Shown here: positions 42,623 to 57,830 of the stretch, in pieces | Numbering within the stretch: position 1 is the first letter of the stretch | Layout: every line of letters starts with the position of its first letter | From: Eledone cirrhosa | Taxonomy: Eukaryota | DNA length: 64,000 nucleotides | Reading direction: 5' to 3' | Assembly (NCBI GenBank): GCA_964016885.1 | Contig: OZ024753.1 | Span: 27,900,001-27,964,000, forward strand | The notes under the pieces: generated by a model | Told to the model about the DNA's origin: nothing | Databases searched by the model: none | The model's input: the letters and a program-made list of their open reading frames with translations, nothing else | Position numbers and translations under genes: made by a program

Positions 42623-44268
42623 TATATGTTTATATATATATGTTTATATGTATATATATATATATATGTTTATATGTATATATATATATGTTTATATGTA
42701 TATATATATATATATATGTTTATATGTATATATATATATATATGTGTGTGTGTTTATATGTATATGTTTATATATATATATATATATATATGCATGTGCT
42801 TAGTAAACACATATATGTGTGTGTGTGTTTTGCTAGATAGCTAGGTTGATTCCTCTGACTTGCAACACATTCTTTATAATTCTCTACAAAAAACAAAATC
42901 TGTATTTACTATTTAGTCTAAAAGACAAGGAGGTGGGAGAATTAACAAAATCTATTGCCAAAAATGTTAGCCCGCATGGACCCACAAAAGCCTGTCAATG
43001 GAACAGGGCTAATAATAATAAAAATATTGGTGGTGATGATACATTTAATTATTTACTATGACAATAAACCCATTTTACATACCAGAGTATATATACTACA
43101 AGACACAAAATATACAACCATAACAACCACATATATACATATATGCACACTGACATACACATATATTAATACATACACATGTATAGAGATTTACTTTTAT
43201 TCTTACAACATGACCATGATGCGTATTTGCTGAGCTTTATCAGAGAAGAAATATTTCTTGTCTGATGAGCCTTAATAAATACGTACTTTGCTGAAACATT
43301 GTGGCCATGCTGCAAGAATAAGAATATATTTTTATGCAATACTCTGTTTTTAACATTGGGTTACTCCTTACCTATGGGCTACTGCATTCATCTGATCAGA
43401 ACCCAGTGTGCGTGTGTGTGCATGTGTGTGTATGAAATTCATATCAATATACATAGACAAGCAAACACCCTTTCTCTGTAATTACCTCTTCTTAATCTTT
43501 ATCTTGTACTTCTGTCCAAAGCAACCTTTGATAAAAAGATAATGTAGTTATTTGTGTTTCAATCTTAACAACTAAAACGATGAAGAGTCTCTTCTATAGT
43601 GTTCTCAAATGTTTATTATTAAACCTATACTACTGTCTCTATAAAATCATGTCCCTGTTTATGACACATTTCTTATGATATTTTAATAATGACCATATTT
43701 CTAATGAAATACAATTTCAATTAATTAATGAAAGATTTTGAGAGATTTACTAAAATTATTAATTATAGACAAAATTATTAATTATAGACATCTAAAATTA
43801 TTAATTATAAGACAATATCTTATATTAAATTATGCTGGAAAATTTAAATTTAAAGGTTACCAGAGCCAGTTTTAGCCTTTTGGTATCAAAAGAGTTAAGT
43901 TATTTCCAGGGTTGTTTATGACATGGCTCATAGCTATTAAATCAATAAGTTGAGTCCCTAGGATGTAGTTTTACATTTACCATTTTTATTTACATAAAAA
44001 CACAATTTATATAATGTATATGATTTACAAAAAAAAATAGAAATTAAGAAAAAAGGTGTGGGGTACAAAAAGAGGAGAGGATATGCACACTTATGTGCTA
44101 CAACAAGAAATATGAATGTTTCCTGCAAAGCAGTTGTGGTTGATATTAAGGCTAAGGCACAGAAATAGCTAAACGCCATCATAGTAGCTCAACTCCCCTG
44201 AACATTTTGAATACTACAGGCTAAAAGATATAGTTTACCAACATTATTTTATGACATTGGTGGACAGA

Positions 44269-44455
44269 GGGTGGTGGATTGGCAGTATCGGTAGAGGGTC
44301 GGACGCCATGCTTTGACGCATAGAGCTACGGCCCTTGTCATTCTGAGTTCAAATCCCGCTGAGGTTAACTTTGCCTTTCATCCTTACGGGGTCGATAAAA
44401 TAAAGTACCAGTAATGTACTGGGTAATTGCTGGCCTTGTGTCAAAAGTAGAAACA
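44269..44455 (+). mobile_element. Young SINE family A
   Basis: Near-identical to 14170-14355 (inverted) and 59073-59258. TSD ATTATTTTATGACATT. Confidence 0.9.
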
Positions 44456-45010
44456 ATTATTTTATGACATTTTATAAAGTGTTTCTGACATTTTTGTAAG
44501 GGATTTATGACATTTTTATAAGGTTTTTATGATATATCTATAAGGCTTTATGACATTTCTATAAAGTGTTTATGACATTTCTATGAAGTATTTATGACAT
44601 TTCCTTAGGACATTTATTATATATCTATAAGGTATTTATCACATTTTTATAAGGCTTTATGACATTTCTATAAAGTGTTTATGACATTTCTATGAAGTAT
44701 TTATGACATTTCCTTAGGAAATTTATTACATATCTATAAGGTATTTATCACATTTTTATAAGGCTTTATGACATTTCTATATGGTATTTAAAGTATTTCT
44801 ATGTAGTATTTATGTCATATCTATAAAGTATTTATGACAATTCTGTAGTTTTTTATGGTATTTCTATAGTGATTATAACATTTCTATTGGGTGACATCTC
44901 TACAAGATGACTACCATACTTTTATAGGTATCTATGAGATTTCTATAAAGTGTTCTTCAAATTTCTATTAGATGTCTATAACATTTCTATAAAGTGTTTA
45001 TGAAATGCCT
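44456..45010. repeat. ~21-22-bp minisatellite (ttatgacatttctataaagtgt)
   Basis: Direct inspection, with one higher-order duplication at ~44540-44780. Confidence 0.9.
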
Positions 45011-45530
45011 AGTAGGTTTTATGCAAGTTGTTTATATCAATAAGGTGCTTATGATTGAAAATAAACAAGAATTTCAAAGGATTTAGTAAAATAATTCTCA
45101 ATACTAAATTGATGTTTGGAACATAACTTGACAAACATTCTTACAGAAAACCCCGTTGGAAAGTTTTTAAATAAATATAAACATTTTAAAACAAACAGCT
45201 TAGTATCATAAAACTAGGTAGGTCAGTATCAAAGAGGTTAGAGATATGGTTAACTGACCAGTCATTGCACAACTTATAAAACAGGGAGATGGTTGTGAGC
45301 ATAAAGTGTTGACTATTTTCTCCTTGGTCATGAGTTCAAATCTGCTCAAAGCATTCTGTTGTGTTTCTAGAGTAAAACATAGTTTATTCTAAATTTCCTC
45401 AGTACATCTAGTTAGTAAGGACAGGTATCACTTTATCAATGTTAGATTGGTGTTATCGCTTATCTCTTTCCTTCTCTAAAACTGATTTGATTTGTCTCGT
45501 TTCACAATCTTTCGAGAACAATACCCTTAA

Positions 45531-45738
45531 TGCTTTAGCATTTAAACTGGCCGTATCTGGCCAGAATGTTCTCACCTCTTTCTATTCAAACTAGATATAA
45601 CTAGCCATTCATACTAAAATTAAGGTATTGTTTACAAAACAAATAACATCAAAATCTCATAGATTTGATATTACGTGAGATAAAGCCTTTACTATGAAAA
45701 TACAATAGTATATATAGAGTAACGTAAATGCTAAAGGG
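45531..45738. mobile_element. piggyBac-type MITE
   Basis: TTAA|tgCTTTAGCATTTA...TAAATGCTAAAGGG, homologous to 1450-1668. Confidence 0.8.
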
Positions 45739-46359
45739 TTAGTGCTACAATGAAACAAGCTGTCGGCAAGAAGAAGTACTAGAATATTAGTGATAAATTG
45801 GTGCACTATCCAAGGGAGGTACACCTTTCTCAATTTGTGTTTTGTTTTTAAAGAGAACACATTATTTTACATTGTCTCTGTTCACTTAGATCACATTAAG
45901 AATAGCTACCACAAGATCATACGGGAATGTTTCTAGATATGACAGCTTCATATCATAACCAAAGACATGATTTTTCTCATATGCTTTGAGACTTAAAACC
46001 ACAGAGAAGCAGTATCTGTTAAAAGTTCCTTAATTTTAGATATTTTCATTGGTCTATATTCAGTAGACAATCTATCTATCTATCATACACACATACATAA
46101 CTATATATATATATATATATATATATACTACAAAATAATCAAAATAAATAAAATTTCGTTTGTGTAGATCCTCACAGTAACTTCTTTTGTCCACATCTTC
46201 CTGCCTAGTTTTCCTTGGTACCATATTTATACTTATATATATATATATATATACTTATTCTCTTTTCTGTGTAAACATAAACACACATAAATATAGATAT
46301 ATAAATTCTTCATTGTTTTACATGGTTCAGTGTATATGCATAGATATATTTATGTTATG

Positions 46360-46401
<42 letters not shown>

Positions 46402-46645
46402 AATGTAAAGTCCTGACCATGCCACAGTGCTCAGTATTATACATATCTCTATACCCACTCTGCATCTCCTCATGCATTGAGTACTCCCATGATTAGTGGT
46501 CTCCCAGTCTCAGCACTGCAGACTATATATATATATATATATGTGTATATATGTATATATATAAGGTATATTAGTAATCTGTTTCTGTTACTTGAGTCTA
46601 TGAAACTTAGTAACATATACATATATATATGTATGCATATATATA

Positions 46646-46705
<60 letters not shown>

Positions 46706-47433
46706 TATATATATATATATACACACACATTCAAAGAACTGCTCATATATATTTTGTTTACATTATATTTTTTCTTCGTTTGATTAACTATTAACGTCCT
46801 GTACCACATGAAGCCACAATAGCAAGATATGCTTGAAAAATACAAAACAACACATGTTAAATTAATGTCTATAATCCAAACTTGCAAATTTTCAGATTCA
46901 TCTGTCCACTAGTAAAAATACTATAAATATTTGAATTGACAAACCCATTTTAGACAGTTTCTGTTAATTTATTATAAGATGTTAAAAGTTTATGATGCTA
47001 TTTTCAAGAATCCATTTCCTATATATTTATGGCAATATCTACACCTTTCTGTCTATGGCATATATATACACTCTCACATTTCAAAATTGTTTCTGCACAG
47101 ATAATAAACTAATCCAGTTTTATACAATAGAATATAATGGAACACATTCTAAGATGTTTGGCTGCAAAACACGTTCAAATGCATTGTTTTATGTAAGCAT
47201 GTACGTATGAGTGTATGCATATATATATATATGAGTGTATATATATATATATATATATAATAAATACAATATCGGAGAAAGCTTTTTAGCGACACTCCGG
47301 CCAAATTCCAACTCACTCAACAAACATTAGGAAATAAGTGATTATATTCCCAATTATGTGTTCGGGGTGCTAACTAAAAGTATTGCGTGGAAAATTGGCT
47401 GTATTATTTCAAATGAGACATATCTAATATATC

Positions 47434-47476
<43 letters not shown>

Positions 47477-47480
47477 ATAT

Positions 47481-47530
<50 letters not shown>

Positions 47531-48140
47531 ATCCACTTCAGTCATGAATGACAGTGGGATTAGCACTTGGAAACTTCCTCTCTGAGGCACAAGCCTGAGC
47601 AAGATGTTTCTGTGGATGACCAACAGTAATGCCTCATCCCACCACCGATATTGTCCAAGAGAAGGGCGAAGAGCAATAGAGCTTGGCATCATTAATGTCG
47701 CAACTCATTTCTTTAGCTGAGTGAACAGGAGTAATGTAATATAAAATGTCTTCCTCAAGGACACAATTCACTGCCTGGTCCTGTAATTGAACTTTATAAG
47801 CTCGAAAACCTGTTGACAGAGCAACACCCCTTCAATGTGTGTATATATGTATATTTATATTTATATATATGCAAATGTATATATATGTGTATATATATGC
47901 AAATATATATATATATATATATATATACATTTAAAATTGGTGGTTTACCACTGGGTAGAATTGGTCATTACATATATATATATACACATACACACACATA
48001 TATATATATATATATATACATATACACACACATGTATATATATATGTATATATGTATGTATGTGTATATATATGTATATATATGTATGTATGCATATATA
48101 TGTATGTATGCATATATATGTATGTATGTATATATATATG

Positions 48141-48179
<39 letters not shown>

Positions 48180-48523
48180 GTATATATATGTATATATATA
48201 TATACATACTACATATATATATATGCATACATATATATATATATATACATACATACATATATATATGTATATATATACATACATACATATATATGCATAT
48301 ATATATATACATATATATATACATATATATATAGAAATATATATATAAATATATACATATATATATATATATACATATATATAAATATATACATGTATAT
48401 ATATATATGTATGTATGTATATGTATGTATATATATGTATGTATGAATATATATACATATATATTAGAAAGTGAGGTTTTTTTACAAAATGAAAAATAAC
48501 CGAGGTGTCCCACACGAGTGAAA

Positions 48524-48808
48524 GTATAAAGAAAAAAAGATGAAATCGAAAATGCAACTGGAGTCTTATTTAAAAAAAATATATATATTTATTTGGTTCC
48601 TTTACCGGTTTCGCAGTTCTTCTGCTTTTCAAAAGTAGAGTTGAGATGGAGGGTCTGTGGTTTTTGAAAAACCACAGACCCTCCATCTCAACTCTACTTT
48701 TGAAAAGCAGAAGAACTGCGAAACCGGTAAAGGAACCAAATAAATATATATATTTTTTTTAAATAAGACTCCAGTTGCATTTTCGATTTCATCTTTTTTT
48801 CTTTATAC
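48524..48808. repeat. Perfect palindrome, 142-bp arms, 1-nt centre (48666)
   Basis: Complementarity was checked at the ends, the homopolymer runs and the centre TTTTT-G-AAAAA. It sits between (TA)n-rich blocks. Confidence 0.95.
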
Positions 48809-49031
48809 ATATATATATATATACATACATAAATACATACATATATATATATATGTATATATTTATATATATTTATATACATATATATATATGTATATAT
48901 TTATATATATATATATATATACACATATATATATATGTATGTATATATATATATGTATGCATATAGATATATGTATGTATGTATATATATATACATATAT
49001 ATATATATGTATGTATATATATATATGTATG

Positions 49032-49077
<46 letters not shown>

Positions 49078-49937
49078 CATACACACACGTGTGCCATATA
49101 TTGCTATTACCTCATACTTCATTTTGTTTCATAATATATGAAAATATGTACACAAACTACTACATATTCTTTCTATCTATGTACTTACATCTGTTCTCTT
49201 TGTTACTTTGGAAACTATGTATTGAAGAAACAAACAAGGCAACTTGACAATTTTCATATATATGTTTTTAAAACCAATCCACTGAAAAGAGTCTTACTGA
49301 AACAGAATCTTCATTAAAAGAGTTTTGATTTTTATTCATGCTTGAATTTGAAACCTGTTAATCTTTCATACAAAAAACTGCATCTATTGTCTAAATAGGG
49401 AGATGAGGAAGGGGGTAGGATTTAAGAAAAAAGAATTAAATGAAATAAAAAGCAACTAGATTTCTGTTCTTTCTTATAAAATGTTTATCTCTGTGGGGGT
49501 CTTATTTTTTTTTTTTTTTTTTAAATCATATATGAGAGAAGCCAAAACTGACCCCCTCCCTCTCACACAGACATACATGGCCATCTAACTATGGTTTGCT
49601 ACTACTAATACTAGCCTACATACAGAGGTGAGAGTGGGAGTGAAAGCAAAATTTAAAAAAATATATATAAATATGATTTACATGAAATTTGGCAAAATGA
49701 TATAATATTCCAATTTTGGAATATTAAAACGAAAATAACCATCAACACAACCACCAACACCACAACCAACACTACCGCGCCAATGTAATTTTTCGAATAA
49801 CGAATGTTTCACAGAAAAAACACATCCACCAAAAAATTTGCAATAAAACATGTTTGAAGGCAAAGAGGATTTTTTTTTAATGTTTTTGCAACCATGAAAA
49901 AAAAATGAATCATATAATAACAATAGAATGAATATTG

Positions 49938-49975
<38 letters not shown>

Positions 49976-50284
49976 TATTCATTTTTCAAAAACTAAATAA
50001 AGCCACCCTGTTGAATATATGAGCACAGAGCATTGGTAAAACAACAAAAGAAAGTTATTTAATCTTGTGTACATGAACCACTCCCAAAAAACTTTCAGTT
50101 CCCTCAGGCAATATATACACTTATATATATGTATATATGTATATATATGTGTGTGTGTGTATATATATGTGTGTGTATATATATATGTGTATATATATAT
50201 GTATATATGTGTGTATATATATATATATATATGTAGGTATATATGTGTGTATATATATATATATATATGTGTATGCATATATGC

Positions 50285-50330
<46 letters not shown>

Positions 50331-50848
50331 GTGTATATATATATATGTATATATATGTATATATGTATATGTATATGTATATATGTATATATGTATATAT
50401 GTGTATATATATTTGTATATATGTATATATATATATATTATATGTATGTTTGTATATACATGTATATGTATATATATAAGTATATATATATATATGTGTG
50501 TGTGTGGATATATATATATATATGTCTGTGTGTATATATGTATATATATATAGGTATATATATATGTATATATGTGCACATTTGGAGATATAATGTGTGT
50601 GTAAATTAGAGATACATTTTTATAAGACTTTTTGAATTCTATCTATAAATAAAAAAAATGAACAATAACATACAGTCTTTCATTTATTCAAGCACAATGT
50701 TCTTTTTCTATGAAAAATAAATTCCGACTCTTTTTTCCATGTTCTAGTTAATAGCAAAAAGTGTTTGCAGTTCAACGCAACTACACAAAGTATGTATGAC
50801 TGAAAATGTGTATATATGTATTTATATGTGTGTGTATGTTTATGTGTG

Positions 50849-50987
<139 letters not shown>

Positions 50988-51080
50988 GTGTATATATATA
51001 TACATACATATATACATATATATATACATATATACATATATATATATATATGTATATATATATATGTATAATTATATATG

Positions 51081-51113
<33 letters not shown>

Positions 51114-51226
51114 GTATATATATGTATATATATATGTATACATATATATGTATATATATAAATATGTGTGTGTTTATATATATATTATATATATATGCAT
51201 ATATATAGACATATATATATATACAA

Positions 51227-51280
<54 letters not shown>

Positions 51281-51541
51281 GTGTGTGTGTGTATATCTAC
51301 ATACACACACATATTTATATATATACACATATACATATATATATATATATATACATATATATACATATATATACATATACATATATATACATATATATAT
51401 ACACATATATATATATATATATATACATATATATATACATATATATACATATATATATATATATACATGTATGTATATATATATATATATATGTATATAT
51501 ATACATATATATATATACATATATATATATATGTATATATA

Positions 51542-51593
<52 letters not shown>

Positions 51594-51632
51594 CATATAT
51601 ATATATGTATATATATACATATATATATATAC

Positions 51633-51669
<37 letters not shown>

Positions 51670-51940
51670 TTTATACACATATATTATATATGTATATGTA
51701 TATATATATAGAGAGAGAGAGAGTGAGAGAGAGAGAAATGGAGAGAGATAATATATCTAAATACATATTTGTATGTGTGTGTATAGGTTGGTGTATCTGT
51801 GTATGTGTGTATGAATATATGTGTGTGTGTGTGCATGTGTATTACTTATACCTATATAATCTTTTTACAATGAAGGAATTATATAAATATATGAGCATAT
51901 GCACCACACACACACAAACACACACACACACACACATACG

Positions 51941-51975
<35 letters not shown>

Positions 51976-52476
51976 ATGTGCGTGTATATACACATACATA
52001 TATATGCACAGACAGCACATACACACAGGTAGCAATATTTTTATCATGTTATGTGTAAATCGTCATATTTACTCATGTATAATGATGTAGAAAAATTAAG
52101 CAACAAATCTACATAAAAGTTTTCTCTTTTTATAATATATAATTATTAACACAAAAATTTTCATTAAATATACTTCCTTTCAGTTTTTTTTCCAATCTAT
52201 CAGACTCTATAAAAAAAAGACCTGCAAAATACTATAACATTTATTGACATAGTTGATATTCCTGTATGGTATACAGTAAAATATTATATCCTATGAGATA
52301 TCTCTGCATTATAAACTAGTTGATTGTACTTGTCATTTATGGGACAAAAAACTAGCAAAACTGCTCCCCTTGGAGCAAATGTATGAATTCTTTGTTATTT
52401 TTTAACATTTCAATAAACAATTATGTATGTATGTGTGTATATATACATATATATACATATATATGTATACATATAT

Positions 52477-52543
<67 letters not shown>

Positions 52544-52680
52544 CATTCATACATACACACATATATCGAAATTTCAATGACCAGGTCTTCCAAAACTATT
52601 CTTTTAAAGGAAGTTTTTATAAGAAATGGTTTCTCATTTTTGAAGTCTCTGGGTGTGTGTTCTTTTTTTACTAAGCAGCA

Positions 52681-52705
52681 ACATGTAAACACAGGTAATA
52701 TATAC

Positions 52706-52753
<48 letters not shown>

Positions 52754-52778
52754 GTATATATTACCTGTGTTTACATGT
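52681..52778. repeat. Perfect 98-bp palindrome centred on (TA)n
   Basis: acatgtaaacacaggtaatatatac...gtatatattacctgtgtttacatgt. Confidence 0.93.
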
Positions 52779-52781
52779 CTC

Positions 52782-52849
<68 letters not shown>

Positions 52850-52875
52850 GAAATGAAATTTTGTTTCATTCTATT

Positions 52876-52878
<3 letters not shown>

Positions 52879-52911
<33 letters not shown>

Positions 52912-53005
52912 CTAACTATCTATATATATATATGCAGATATCTATATCTATCTATATATATATAGATAGATATAGATATCTGCATATATATATATAGATA
53001 GTTAG

Positions 53006-53038
<33 letters not shown>
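52879..53038. repeat. Perfect ~160-bp microsatellite-derived palindrome
   Basis: gtatctaactatc...tgcagatatc...gatatctgca...gatagttagatac, with the centre between 52958 and 52959. Confidence 0.9.
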
Positions 53039-53046
<8 letters not shown>

Positions 53047-53053
53047 TAGTTAG

Positions 53054-53116
<63 letters not shown>

Positions 53117-53117
<1 letters not shown>

Positions 53118-53859
53118 GAGGTGGCATCAAACATTTCATGGACTAGTTATGTTTTTAAAAAAATTATATATTTACCTAAGTTTTAACATCATCTCCTTCG
53201 AAATAGTCACCTTGCGCAGCAATACACTGGTCCAAGTGTTCTTGCAACATTTGGAAGTCGTTTTCCATAAATAAGTCGAGGACTTATGCAAATTGCTCTG
53301 GATCTCAGCAATGGCGTTAAAACGGTGACCTTTGAGCTGCATTTTCAGCTTGGAGAAGAGATGGAAGTCGGCAGGTGCTAAATTTACCGAATAGGGTGGG
53401 TGCAGAAGCAATACAATGTTGTTTTTGGCAAGAAACGTACGAGTGAGGAGAGCTCAGTGACAGTGCGCATTGTCGTCATGAAGAATCCAATTCTTTGCGC
53501 TCCACAGATCAGGTCGCTTTCTCCGATTGTCCTCCCTCAAACACCTCAAAAGGTTGCAGTAGAACTCTCATTGCTGTAAGCTGAAGCATGCTCAATGTCT
53601 CTGTAGCAGACTTCCCAAGTTGAATGGGAAATTTCACGTTGGCTTTTTGTTCCAACTTCCTGTTCATGACCAAATTGCAGGCGACAGCATACACGTGATC
53701 ACAAAAACACAAATTTCACAACTTGTGAAGTGAAGACAGCGATGTCACTCGACTCACTGGTGCATGAAGGTCACTGCTAGCTCTCACTGCATGCACAACC
53801 AAGTGTTACCATCTGTTGGTGCTATAGAACTAGTCCCAAAACTTTTTGATACCACCTCA
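53117..53859 (-). mobile_element. Internally deleted mariner transposon
   Basis: TA TSD and ~32-bp TIRs (CGAGGTGGCATCAAACA.../...TTTTTGATACCACCTCA). Transposase relics: EQKANVKF..LGKSATET (N-terminal), WILHDDNAH and HPPYSVNLAPADFHLF (catalytic). Confidence 0.92.
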
Positions 53860-53991
53860 TATGTACATATATATATATATATAAATATATATATGGAAGC
53901 ATCCGAAACTATAATGATCCCCAGAAGACAACCAATGAATGGTAATTGTCCAACATTTCTGTTTCCTGTATATGTCTCATGTGTTTTTTAA

Positions 53992-54035
<44 letters not shown>

Positions 54036-54196
54036 ATATATATATATATATGTGTGTGTGTATATATATGTATGTATGCATACACATTTACATGCATACT
54101 TAAAACATGCAGAATCAAGCAAGAATCCACTTTTATTTTTCAGTCTTTCCATATATTTGACGATATTTCTTACCCCATTTTTTATGCACATGAACA

Positions 54197-54246
<50 letters not shown>

Positions 54247-54319
54247 ATGCAAAACATGTATAGACACACATGTATACATAAATATATATACATTTATATA
54301 TATACATATATATGTGTAT

Positions 54320-54350
<31 letters not shown>

Positions 54351-54929
54351 CGTGTGTATGTATATGTATGTATGTATGCATAAATATATATATATGTATA
54401 TGTGTGTATTATAAATTAAGTAGTACAATACCTAATAGGTTTTGCAAGTATTAACATTTTGAGAAATATATTTCATAGCTCCCGTCCCCTTTTCATTTTT
54501 AGTACCATTCTGAAAGGTGCTGTATACCTTTTGGAACTGCATCAGTCATAAACACACACAGACATATATATATATATATATATACACACACATAGATGTA
54601 AATATGTATATATATATATCAATATATATATATAAATATACATAAATGACTGAACACACACATATATATATACATACATATAAATGTATATATATGTGTT
54701 ATGTGTCTGTGTATATGCATATATATATACATGCATATATATGTTATGTTTCAGATGATCCTGCTTAGGTTGAAAGCAGAAATTGTTAGCTTAAACTTTT
54801 AATCTGTGCTAATAATAATTATTTGTTTTTTGGGTTTATATATACTTATCCATATACAACCCATATCGAGTCTTCTCTGGATTTCTGTCTTTGTATTTAT
54901 TATTATAACCATATACATATATACATGTG

Positions 54930-54970
<41 letters not shown>

Positions 54971-55320
54971 ATATACATATTCATTTACTGTATATACTCA
55001 GATAAAAGTTGAATTTATTAGACCATCTTTTTATGTTAAATTTATGGGGTCATCTATTGCATGGATACTACTTTTGAGGGGCTTTAAATTCAAGCTAGAA
55101 TCCAAAGTACCATATCAGTAGCAGAGGCTCAACTAATCTCTAAATGAAAATAAAACAATGAGTTACAGTAATATTACCAGTTCTGTGCATCAAAACACAG
55201 TAAATAACAAAATCCATAAACAGGGGCACATAGATATTATAAATATTTACACTTGTTCTATTACTCGTATCCATCAAACTTAACAGACTAGCTTAGTGCA
55301 ATCAATTTATATCTCATAAT

Positions 55321-55816
55321 TACTGTATATTACCATGGGTAATATATTTACCAGTATACAACTACCTACCATAATACTGTGCCTATGGACGATGAGTCGA
55401 GCACTATCGCATGAGTTTATTTGGAAATGTGTAAAATATAAATGTTGAAGTCTTGCAGCACATCTTGTGCATATGTTTCAGTAATTGTGATGTAGCACCC
55501 ATCAACAGATGTGTAATACTTGCTATTATATGGTGTTTTACTATAAGCTCCAAGCATCCAGATATAGGGCAGACTACAGTTGTACAGACTACATATGTTT
55601 GGGTAAATTTTTAGTTTCAGATATGGATTTGTAATAATATAAATTTGCCTTAAATTCATAATGATACCTTGACCCACAAATGTTGACCTTTTGTCCATGA
55701 AATACTAGAGTCACCTTTAATACGAGGTCTAGTCTATGGAAAAGTGCAGATTTTGGGGCCAAAAATAGGGGTGCGACTTTTACATGAGAATGACTATTAT
55801 TTGAGTATATACGGTA
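55321..55816. mobile_element. Possible non-autonomous pogo/Tigger-like DNA element
   Basis: Right end ...ttgagtatatacggta. The left end tactgtatatt is only weakly inverted. Confidence 0.35.
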
Positions 55817-55944
55817 TATATATATATGTAGAAGTTGTATTTAAATATATTGTTGTATTTAAATATATATAATAAAATAAATATGGTTTTATAAATATAG
55901 TTTCCATTTATTTAATATCATGGTATATATATATATATATATAT

Positions 55945-56000
<56 letters not shown>

Positions 56001-56116
56001 AGCACAGATTAAACATTTAAGTAAACAATTTCTGCTTCCATCCTAAATCGGGAATTATATATATATATGTGTGTATGTGTGTATATATATATATGTGTGT
56101 GTGTGTATATTGTATA

Positions 56117-56214
<98 letters not shown>

Positions 56215-56290
56215 CATATATGTGTGTGTATATGTATATATGTATATATATATATATATATATATGCATATATATAAATATATATATATA

Positions 56291-56336
<46 letters not shown>

Positions 56337-56944
56337 ATATACCTAGTGTCAAAATCATTCACTTTCTAGCAGTGGATTTTTCCTTAACTATCTCAGCCTT
56401 GTTACAAAGTTACAAAATTGGATTTCTTTTCACTTTTTACACAATCTGGAAACAAAATATAATCAAAACACAACAAAATCTCTACAAGTGAATCTAAAAT
56501 AATTTGGAATAAATTCTACTTTCATTATTATATTGATTTTTTTTTTAATCCCCTTCCAAAAATGCAAGAACGATTTCAAGAACAATGATAATAGAATATT
56601 TGTGAAATTGGTGCGGAAAAATGTTCCATTTTAAAAAATTTTATTTAATTTTTTTTTGTGGGTGACGTCATATTGTGATGACAGGAAGCAAAGATTTCTT
56701 ATTCATTTTATTTGTTATGTTATTTATTTGTTTGTATGTTTGATTGTTTTCTTGGTGAATTTTAAACAATCTGCCAAAATTGAACCCAAATTAATGAAGA
56801 ATGTCAAAGAAAAAATAAAACAAAATGAAAAAAAAAATAAACTAAAAAAATAAATAATATTTTTGAAAATCCTTTGCAGCAGAATAGGAAGAAGAAAGAA
56901 ACAAACAATAATGATATACATATGTGTGCATATAAATATATATA

Positions 56945-57010
<66 letters not shown>

Positions 57011-57181
57011 CACACACAAATATATATATATACATATATATACACACACATATATATGTATGTATATATATATATATATAAATATATATATATACATACA
57101 CACACAAACATATATATATATATATACATACATATATATGTGTGTGTGTATATATATATATATACACACATATACATACAT

Positions 57182-57232
<51 letters not shown>

Positions 57233-57548
57233 CACACACTTTCACTAGCATGTTCTTATACAAACATACCATATATATAAGCATAAACATTGCACACATA
57301 TATTTATTAACATAGACATACATGCACATATATATATATATACATATCAAAATATATATAGAAACACACATATATATATATATGTGTGTATTTATATACC
57401 AAAATGAAGTGCTGTTGGAATTATTTGATATAGCAAATTTCTGCCTTTATATTCTGTCAAATTTTTTAATATTAATTTATAAACTCGTCCGGAAACAGCA
57501 GAACTCTGCAACACACATAATGTGTGTGCTTGCAGGTATTTGTGTGTG

Positions 57549-57597
<49 letters not shown>

Positions 57598-57760
57598 ATA
57601 TGTGTGTGTGTGTGTGTGCATATGTGTGTGTGTTGGTCACCATCAAAAATCGATAGGCACTCAAGTGGAAGCATGTTTTTTGTGTAGGTACACATGCACA
57701 TTGCCACACATTTATAAATGTATATTTATGTGTGTGTGTAAATATATATGTGTGTACATA

Positions 57761-57830
<70 letters not shown>

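Noticed and set aside
43231-43315. CTGATGAG...GAAAC hammerhead-like match
   Set aside because: Stem II does not pair, the triplet is GUG, and the CTGATGA lies within a small local hairpin.
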